The notes under the pieces are model-generated. The model searched no databases and was not told where the DNA came from. It worked only from the letters and a program-made list of their open reading frames with translations. A DNA stretch of 64,000 nucleotides from Planctomycetota bacterium (GTDB lineage: Bacteria; Planctomycetota; B15-G4): NCBI GenBank assembly GCA_965248575.1, contig CBDFJQ010000002.1, positions 3,296,001-3,360,000 on the forward strand. Direction: 5' to 3'. The position numbers and the translations under genes are program-made. Positions 57,058 through 64,000 of this stretch are shown piece after piece; position 1 is the stretch's first letter; every line of letters starts with the position of its first letter.

Positions 57058-57521
57058 CGGTCAGCCTCCGACGTCTGCGCCTCGGCATGCTGGGCTGCCC
57101 CGCGCTTCACGGCCTCCAGCACAAAGGCGTCGTACAACTGCTGTTCAAGAATGAGGTCCTTCTGCGGAGGCATCCGGCTTCCGCCGGGCATGCCCGGCAC
57201 CTGCACATGGCGGACCAGCGCGAGCATCTCCACAATCGTCTCGCCGTCGCCCGGCACGAAGTTGACGTAGAGCGTGAGCGTCCGGGACTCATCCCCGGCC
57301 CAGGTCACTTCCATGGTGTCTGTCTTGCGGTCGATCTTGGTCTCGTAGCCGCCACCGAACAGGGCATGGAATTCCTGGAGCACCACCTCGTTCACCAGAT
57401 GGACCGCAGCCTCACGACCCACGCCCTTCAGGGGGTACGGGCTGAAATCCAGGACCTGGTCCGACTGGACAAGACCACAGCAGGGCAGCAGGGCGAGCAC
57501 GAGCAAGAGGGCGCGACGCAT
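57054..57521 (-). CDS. Hypothetical lipoprotein
   Basis: MRRALLLVLALLPCC signal; GAGG upstream; abuts the sulfatase-like gene. Confidence 0.65.
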   Translation of the reverse strand: MRRALLLVLALLPCCGLVQSDQVLDFSPYPLKGVGREAAVHLVNEVVLQEFHALFGGGYETKIDRKTDTMEVTWAGDESRTLTLYVNFVPGDGETIVEMLALVRHVQVPGMPGGSRMPPQKDLILEQQLYDAFVLEAVKRGAAQHAEAQTSEADR

Positions 57522-57629
57522 GGCAGGACCTCGGAGGGCGACGCTCAGGGAGCATGCAAGGCGATCATTCTCATCCGCCCGAGCGTCCGGCCACAAGCAC
57601 TAGCCCACGAACTGCTCCAGCTCACGTGG

Positions 57630-60600
57630 TCAGGGGGCGCTTTCCAGCAGCTCTTCGGCGAAATCCAGGCGCGCATGCGCCTCCGCGGGATCGCCACGGA
57701 TCCAGCCCATGACTCCGTGGCCCCATTCGTGCACGACCCGGGCCCCCAAGCCCCGAGCCTCTGCGGTGGCCTTCAGAATGAGCTGCTTCAGCTGCGCCAG
57801 GGTCTGCTCCTCACGCTCGACGAAGTGCTCCGTCTCCGCGGACCACGTTCCGGTGAAGGCCTGCTCCAGGAGTTCCCATGCCTGCTCCTCTTCATGGAAC
57901 ACCCTGGCCAAGGCCTGGTCCCGCCTCACGATGGCGTCGGTGACCAGCGAGCGAGGTGCCATGGCACCGAAGGTCACGAAGCTGTATCGATCCGCCACGG
58001 CACACAGCCGTGAGAGCCTGGACATGTGCTCGGCATAGGTCGCGAGCTGCCTTTCGTCCAAGGGCAACGGGCGCGCTCGGGAAGCGGCATCCGGCATCGA
58101 GAGATAGGCCTCATGGGCAAGGCTCAGGATCAAGTCTGCCAAGACGCGGTCGCGCCGCGCGTCCGGCGCGCCGGCTACAGGCTCCAAGAGGGGCATGCCC
58201 ACGAACAACAGCTGACCCTTGCCATATGGAACGGCCGCCACGCTCGTCCCCATCTTCTGTCGGAAGTGGTTCAGCGTAATGGCTGCCGCGCGCGTGCGTT
58301 CCGGCGGGGCCCCCACCAACATGGCACCGGGTGCGAGGGAGGCCTCATCGCTCTGCAGAAGACGGGGGTGGGAGTCTTCAGGAATGCGCGGCTCCTCACC
58401 CCTGGGCCGCTCGAAGGCCATGGGCAGCAGAGCCCCCGGTTGATGGGGCTCGTCTCGCTCCAGGATGGCGTGGGTCCTGCCCATGAAGTTGCCCGCGGCC
58501 AGACCCACCCCCAGACGCACCGGGAGGTGTGGCAGCAGACGCACTCCGCGACGACTGCCCGCGATCCTGCCGATGTGATCATGTGGCAGGTCGCCCATGA
58601 ACACGACGGCCAGCCCGCCCTCCCAAACGGTGCGCCAGATGCGCAAGAGATCCTCGGCCGACACGGAGTCGCCGAGTTCGAGGGGCTGCTCGATGGCCAC
58701 GACCGGGATCGCTTCTTCCGGGTCCAGCAGCGTGCTCAGCCCGAAGCCCTCGCGCTGGGCGAAAGCCGTCAGGGCCGCGCTGCCCTCAGGCAGGACCAGC
58801 CGCACCCGCTTGAAGTCGCCGTCCGGCCCCCACATGACGCGACGTTCCTTGGGTGCTTCGGAGACCACCACCTGGGTCTTGGCCCTGCTCGCCACCATGA
58901 CCTCACCCGATGCATCTGCCAGGTAGGCTCGGAACTCCACGGTCCCGGGCTCCGACATACGGAAGGCCTCTTCGGAAAGCCTGGTGACTCCCGGCGGGAA
59001 CACCTGCCAGTCGAAACCCCGCCCCACGGCCCCATCCACATGGCGCACGGCGCCCGTCGCGTTCAACACGACGCTGCCTTCCAGGGCGGCGCCCGTGTCA
59101 TTCACCACCGCGACGTCCACGCGCTGCAGCTCACCCACGGTGCACGACGCCTGGGCTGGCAGGACCGTCAGTTGGAGGGGCGCCAGGGCTTTCGCCATGG
59201 CGTCGTACGCAGGTCGTGGGTCTCCCCAAGCCTCCAGGAGACCCGCACTTGCCTCGGAGCTCACACTCTGCCACTGGGTGTACACGCTTCCCACGAGACG
59301 CGGGTTCGCACGCAGCAGCTCGACCATGTCCGCGGTCATGCCGGCGTGCACCGCTTGTGCTGAATCGCGCCAAGCCAGTTCGTCCCATGTGTCCCTGGCA
59401 GCCACGGAGGCGCGGGTACGAATCCGCATCGCGTCGAAGGTGTTCCGTTCGACACCCAGCACGCCCCGACTCTCGAACTCTGCCACGTCGGCTTCCGTAT
59501 CCAGAAGGGCTCCGTAGCCGAACTCTGAAACGAAGACCGGGCCTTCGGGGGCGGACAGCCCGAGCATGCGCTCCCGCTCTGCGAAGGGGATCGGGCAGGG
59601 CGGGTAGATGTGCTCGTCGAGCATGAGCTCCAACGCATCGCCTCCGGCTGGGACGTAACGCGAACGGAAGAAACCGCCCGAGTCCTCCAGCACGGGGCGG
59701 GTGGCGTCCAGGGACACCAGATGCTGGGTCACGGGCCAGCCCAGAAGATGGGCGTCACCACTCAGCTCGTTGAGCACGCCCCACATCACGATGGACGGAT
59801 GGTGCTGGTCGCGCCGCACCATCCACTCCACCTCATCCTTCAGCCAGCCCTCCAGCTTGGGCGACATGTCCACCCAGCCGATGGAAGGCTCTTCGAGCAC
59901 CATCAGCCCGTAGCGGTCGCAGGCATCCAGGAAGGCGGTGGGCGCGGGGCGCACATGGGCGCGCACCAGGTTGAAGCCCACCTCAAGCATCTGCTGTACC
60001 TCCTGCCGCAGGAAGTCGCTGGAAGGGTAGAGCCCGCCGAGGCCCACGTAGTGCGGCTGGTACAGGACCCCCAGCAGGGATCGGCGGATGCCATTCAGGA
60101 TGAAACCGTCGGTCCCCAGCTGCACCGTTCGGAAGCCGAAGGGGCGCTCGTCGTCCGCCTGCTCTGCGCGTGCATCGCCGTGGACCTGCAGACCCATCAG
60201 GTAACGCCAGGGGCTCTCGGGCTCCCAGAGCTGATGGCCCGGAACGTCTACCGTCATGGAGATCTCAGCCCGCCCTTCATGCACGTTCACCCGGTGTCGG
60301 GCCATGGCGAGCGCTGGAGGACGGAAGTCGTCTCCCTCCGGAAGTGCGGAGCGAAGCGCCAGGGGGCGAGCGCGCAACTCGACTTCCACATGCCGCGAGC
60401 GTCCGTCGTCGGGCGCCCGCAGCGAGACGTCCACGTGCACGCGGCCGGTTTCAGGGTCGGGCACAACCCGTTCGATGCGCCCCTGCACATCGGCATGCCC
60501 TCGCAAGCTCACGGGCCCGAGGATGCCCCCGAAGTTCTCGTACCAGCTCTCCTTGGAGTGGGGCACCGTGGCCAAGCTCAAACCGTCGATCTCTTCGCCC

Positions 60601-61190
60601 CCCGGGTCCACGACCCGCACCACGAGCTCGAGCTTCCGGGCGGAGGCGACGGCTTCACTCACATCCAGCTCGAAGGGGTCATAGCCGCCGGTGTGCTGCC
60701 CCACGAAGTGGCCGTTGATCCACACTTGGCAGGCGTGATTGACCCTTTCGAAGGCCAGAACGGTGCGCATCCCCGTCGGCCGGGGGAGCACCACATGGCG
60801 CCAGTACCAGACGACGCCATCGTAGACCCCTGCAGATTGCCGCGACTCGAAGGCCCTTGGCACGTTCATGGAGGAAACCGCCCCCGCGCTGGGCGGGGGT
60901 GAACCGGAGCGTGCTATGGCTGCTGGCCAATCCTGCTGGAGCCCGACGTTCTCGGGGTCCTGGACGAAATTCCACGGGCCGTCGAGAGACAGGGAGAATC
61001 GCTCGTCCATGTCCGGTGCGCTGTCGACCGGCACGCCACCGCCATTCGGCCGCACGAGGGCCAGCGCGTCCTGCAGACCCGCCGCATCACAAGCCATGCC
61101 CAAAGCCATCAGACAGACCCCGAGACACGCAACGTGGATTCGCCACGGCGTGAACGGGAAGATGCGTTGTCTGGAGTTTGCCGTGACCAT
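57630..61190 (-). CDS. Glycoside hydrolase family 2 (beta-galactosidase/glucuronidase-like), secreted
   Basis: LDGPW.F, GVVWYWR, VWING..VG.H.GGY.PF, LWEPESP..Y, FGFRTV, GFNLVRAH, acid/base WGVLNE, nucleophile VSEFG. Start taken at ATG 61190. Confidence 0.9.
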   Translation of the reverse strand: MVTANSRQRIFPFTPWRIHVACLGVCLMALGMACDAAGLQDALALVRPNGGGVPVDSAPDMDERFSLSLDGPWNFVQDPENVGLQQDWPAAIARSGSPPPSAGAVSSMNVPRAFESRQSAGVYDGVVWYWRHVVLPRPTGMRTVLAFERVNHACQVWINGHFVGQHTGGYDPFELDVSEAVASARKLELVVRVVDPGGEEIDGLSLATVPHSKESWYENFGGILGPVSLRGHADVQGRIERVVPDPETGRVHVDVSLRAPDDGRSRHVEVELRARPLALRSALPEGDDFRPPALAMARHRVNVHEGRAEISMTVDVPGHQLWEPESPWRYLMGLQVHGDARAEQADDERPFGFRTVQLGTDGFILNGIRRSLLGVLYQPHYVGLGGLYPSSDFLRQEVQQMLEVGFNLVRAHVRPAPTAFLDACDRYGLMVLEEPSIGWVDMSPKLEGWLKDEVEWMVRRDQHHPSIVMWGVLNELSGDAHLLGWPVTQHLVSLDATRPVLEDSGGFFRSRYVPAGGDALELMLDEHIYPPCPIPFAERERMLGLSAPEGPVFVSEFGYGALLDTEADVAEFESRGVLGVERNTFDAMRIRTRASVAARDTWDELAWRDSAQAVHAGMTADMVELLRANPRLVGSVYTQWQSVSSEASAGLLEAWGDPRPAYDAMAKALAPLQLTVLPAQASCTVGELQRVDVAVVNDTGAALEGSVVLNATGAVRHVDGAVGRGFDWQVFPPGVTRLSEEAFRMSEPGTVEFRAYLADASGEVMVASRAKTQVVVSEAPKERRVMWGPDGDFKRVRLVLPEGSAALTAFAQREGFGLSTLLDPEEAIPVVAIEQPLELGDSVSAEDLLRIWRTVWEGGLAVVFMGDLPHDHIGRIAGSRRGVRLLPHLPVRLGVGLAAGNFMGRTHAILERDEPHQPGALLPMAFERPRGEEPRIPEDSHPRLLQSDEASLAPGAMLVGAPPERTRAAAITLNHFRQKMGTSVAAVPYGKGQLLFVGMPLLEPVAGAPDARRDRVLADLILSLAHEAYLSMPDAASRARPLPLDERQLATYAEHMSRLSRLCAVADRYSFVTFGAMAPRSLVTDAIVRRDQALARVFHEEEQAWELLEQAFTGTWSAETEHFVEREEQTLAQLKQLILKATAEARGLGARVVHEWGHGVMGWIRGDPAEAHARLDFAEELLESAP

Positions 61191-61269
61191 GATCTTCGAC
61201 AGCGTGAATGTTCTCAGGACGGAGCCGGACTCCAAACTGGCCTGCCAGGGCTCTGGAGCATATCGGCAA

Positions 61270-63735
61270 ATGAGACGATTCTCGCTAGCTGCGAGCGCGC
61301 TGACGGCCCTGATCTTCATGATCTTCACGGCTGCCCCCCTGCATGCGATGACGTGGGCCTCGCAGGACGCGGGCGCTGAGCAGGATGCGGCACAATTCCA
61401 ACGCCCTCCCCAAGCGCCGGCCACGCCCGAAGAGCTGCGCGCGGGCCGGCACGCCCTGGCGCATGTCGATGTCATCGACACGGCCTCCCGCTACCGCGCC
61501 TCCGAACATCTCAGCTTCGGCGTGCCCCTCAGCGTCGGTCTCGTGCAGGACGCCGGGACCCTGAGGCTGTGGAACGCGACGACCGCCGTGGCCCTCCCGT
61601 GTCAGACGCGCGTGCTGTCCCGCTGGCCCGACGGAAGCGTGCGCTGGGTGCTTGTGGACTCCCGCATGGAGCTGCAGGCCCGGGAGACCGTGCGTCTCAG
61701 CTTGGGCATTGCGCCTGAGCTGCCGGCCCCGGAAAGCCCTTGGCGCATCCAACGCGGTGAGGACGGCAGCCTGCTCGTCGACGACGGACAGACCGTCTGG
61801 CCCCTGCTGCTACCCCAGGCGAAGAAGACCGGCGGCAAAAGCGTGCTCGGGCTGAGCGCCCGACTCGTGGACATCTTCGGACACGACTACGAGGGCGTGG
61901 TCGATGCCAGCTCACTCACCTGGCTCGAGCGAGGCCCCTTGCGCGCCGTGGCGCGGCTGCAGGGAGCGCACCGTTCGCTCGATGGGGAGGGCCTGCCCAT
62001 CGACTTCCACACCTTCACGGCCCACGTGCACCTCTATGCGGGGCAGAGCAGGGCGCGGGTGGAATGGACCCTCGAGAACACGCCCTTGTTCGAGCCCCCG
62101 GGTCGCCTGGCGTTCGACTCCTACGGCCTGCAGCTCGACCCCGGCACAGCGCCGTCGGGGATCTCCCTGAAACTTCGCGCCGAGGCCGAGGACAGTTCGT
62201 TCTTGTTGGAGCAGGACGGTCTCGGCACGCGTGTCCTGCTCGAAGGAAGGACCGTGCAGGGCCGGGCCCCGGAAGACCTCTGGGCTGGGCTCCTGAGCGA
62301 TGGCCCCCAGGAAGGCACGGCGGTCTTTGCTCGCATGGTCGACTCGGCCCAGAACCATCCGTCGCGGCTCTCGCACGAGCTGGGTGGGCCCTTGCAGCTG
62401 GAGGTCCTGCCCTCGGGGATGGCGCAGACCTTCTTCCTCGACGATGGAACGCGAAAGACCTTTGCCGTCGACATCATCCGCGCCTCCCATGCCGCAGAGG
62501 GCCGAGCGCTCGTCAGTCAGGTCATCCGCCCTGCCCATGTAGCCCTGGTGCCGCTGGAGGTCCTGGCGACCGGCGCCTGGGGCGATGCCGGCCACTTCTA
62601 CATCCCCAGCCCGATCGACCTCCGCAAGCGCCTGGCCGCTCCCCAGGACCCTCCCACCGGGTGGGCGGATTGGGGTGAGAGCAAGGCGCTCAACACGCAT
62701 CAGTCCGGCTCCCCACGCAACCAGCTCTCCGTCTTCCTCGAGGCGATGCAAGCTGGCCGCCCGGACCTGAATGCCTGGAATCTGGCTCGTGCCCAGCACG
62801 CCATGGACATGCGGCCGTACCACCTCAGCGGCTTCCTCGCGTCCCGTTCTCCGTGGGCGAATCTCTACGAAGGTCTGCCCCACTCCAACAACAAGCCTTC
62901 TCACAGCCTCGGCCGCAGCGGAGTCCGCAACCGCCATCCCGAGTACAAGCAGGAGCTGCCCCGGGGCGGTCACGGCTACAACGGATTCGACCCCGAGCAC
63001 ATGACCCTCGACGATGTCTACGAGGCCTACCTGCTCACGGGCTCCTGGCTCGCCCTGGACGCCCTGCGCTCGGCCGGGGAGGCGGTGCTCACGTGGAAGG
63101 AGATCGTCGACGGCTCGATCCACAGTTCACGCACCTTCGGCTGGACGCTGCGCGCCTTGGTGCAAGTGCACCGAGCCACGGGCGAAGAGCGCTATCTCGA
63201 CGCGGCCCGCCAGTACGTGGCCCTGGCCGACGCCGAGCGGGGCCGGGGCGACGTGAAGTATCTGCGTCGCATGAAGCCCGACCCCCGGCACCTCGCGGAC
63301 GAACACTACGACTCGCCCTTCATGGTGGCGGTGGCGCTGCACGGCCTCTCAGCCTATTGGGCCGAAACCCGGGACCCCATCGTCCCACCCATGGCTGCCG
63401 ACCTCGTGGCCTTCTGCATGTCGGCACTGCGCAGCGAAGGATTCTTGCCCGATATGCCGACCGACACACCCTTGCCACCCAGCACCGGAGAGGTCAGCTC
63501 GCCCCTGGGGGTCACCACCTGGGTTCCAGGGGCCATCGCGGCCGCCGCCTTCATCACCGGCGATCACCGTCCGGTCGACCGCCTGCTGCCGTATTACGGC
63601 CTGCTTCAGAAGCACTCCTCCGACCCTGTCCAATTCGGTTCCAAGGACTGGCACTGGTGGCAACCCTTCCTGGCCTCTGTGCAGCAACGCCATGGCGACA
63701 GCGCCATCGCCAACCCATTCAGCGTCAAGCGTTGA
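61270..63735 (+). CDS. Secreted protein, PL26 / exo-rhamnogalacturonan lyase (RGLX/YetA)-like architecture
   Basis: Signal peptide; N-terminal SFGVPL..G...LPCQTRVLSRWPDGSVRWVLVD; ERGPLRAV; C-terminal alpha-barrel-like YLLTG, RTFGW.L.AL....RATGEERYL. Confidence 0.6.
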   Translation: MRRFSLAASALTALIFMIFTAAPLHAMTWASQDAGAEQDAAQFQRPPQAPATPEELRAGRHALAHVDVIDTASRYRASEHLSFGVPLSVGLVQDAGTLRLWNATTAVALPCQTRVLSRWPDGSVRWVLVDSRMELQARETVRLSLGIAPELPAPESPWRIQRGEDGSLLVDDGQTVWPLLLPQAKKTGGKSVLGLSARLVDIFGHDYEGVVDASSLTWLERGPLRAVARLQGAHRSLDGEGLPIDFHTFTAHVHLYAGQSRARVEWTLENTPLFEPPGRLAFDSYGLQLDPGTAPSGISLKLRAEAEDSSFLLEQDGLGTRVLLEGRTVQGRAPEDLWAGLLSDGPQEGTAVFARMVDSAQNHPSRLSHELGGPLQLEVLPSGMAQTFFLDDGTRKTFAVDIIRASHAAEGRALVSQVIRPAHVALVPLEVLATGAWGDAGHFYIPSPIDLRKRLAAPQDPPTGWADWGESKALNTHQSGSPRNQLSVFLEAMQAGRPDLNAWNLARAQHAMDMRPYHLSGFLASRSPWANLYEGLPHSNNKPSHSLGRSGVRNRHPEYKQELPRGGHGYNGFDPEHMTLDDVYEAYLLTGSWLALDALRSAGEAVLTWKEIVDGSIHSSRTFGWTLRALVQVHRATGEERYLDAARQYVALADAERGRGDVKYLRRMKPDPRHLADEHYDSPFMVAVALHGLSAYWAETRDPIVPPMAADLVAFCMSALRSEGFLPDMPTDTPLPPSTGEVSSPLGVTTWVPGAIAAAAFITGDHRPVDRLLPYYGLLQKHSSDPVQFGSKDWHWWQPFLASVQQRHGDSAIANPFSVKR

Positions 63736-63805
63736 GTCTTTCCTGCCCCCATCCCCCCTTCCAGGCTGGAGCGCTTCCCGTGTGGACTGCTAACCTGCCC
63801 GCCTC

Positions 63806-64000
63806 ATGAAGAAGATCTTCATCGGTTGCGGTGTTCTCGTCCTGCTGGTTCTCGGCTTTCTTGGTTATGTGGCCTACCAGTTCGTACCCGTGGTGCAGGA
63901 AGCCATCGCCACGGCTGAACGCATGCAGCAGGACTTCACGGCTCTCGACCAGGACTACCCGTTCGACGAGACGCAGGTGGAAGCGCTGGACATCGAGCGC
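63806..64000 (+). CDS. Membrane-anchored hypothetical protein (partial)
   Basis: Not in the ORF track. MKKIFIGCGVLVLLVLGFLGYVAYQF... is open to the window end; TGcTAACCT upstream. Confidence 0.7.
   Translation, partial: MKKIFIGCGVLVLLVLGFLGYVAYQFVPVVQEAIATAERMQQDFTALDQDYPFDETQVEALDIER

Noticed and set aside
1..64000. CRISPR arrays, tRNA/rRNA, transposases, prophage or defence genes
   Set aside because: No spaced direct repeats, cloverleaf signatures or such protein motifs were found by eye; a covariance-model scan was not possible.

Overview
High-GC bacterial chromosomal window, about 50 genes. The lineage is inferred to be Planctomycetota, from the purA-uppS-cdsA-phoH-ybeY gene order, the TolC lipoprotein type, the sulfatase-like lipoproteins, the Ser/Thr kinase and the futalosine pathway. 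Left half: cell-surface glycosylation genes (NDP-sugar dehydrogenase, MATE, two UDP-galactopyranose-mutase-like flavoenzymes, GT2/GT4 enzymes, a WecA/MraY-type transferase, a TMTC-like GT-C), moaA and a divergent sigma-70 factor. Centre: a three-gene module (outer-membrane porin, FMN-binding domain fused to an ApbE flavin transferase, His-bearing 4-TM protein) behind a promoter whose 17-bp spacer is filled by a Fur-like palindrome. This is the best candidate for an undescribed trans-envelope redox or iron-uptake system. It is followed by boxB/boxC/boxR without boxA, a subtilase and mqnB/mqnD. Right half: fusA, Ser/Thr kinase, rho, scoAB, rpmB, lptFG, ybeY, phoH, cdsA, uppS, purA, a second sulfatase-like gene and a divergent GH2 / PL26-like pair. 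Several apparent pseudoenzymes or orphan domains occur (SGNH, HATPase, sulfatase fold, membrane-tethered sigma region 4). No rRNA, tRNA, CRISPR array or mobile element was seen. All calls come from reading motifs by eye; no searches were run, and many start codons are my own adjustments of the ORF track.
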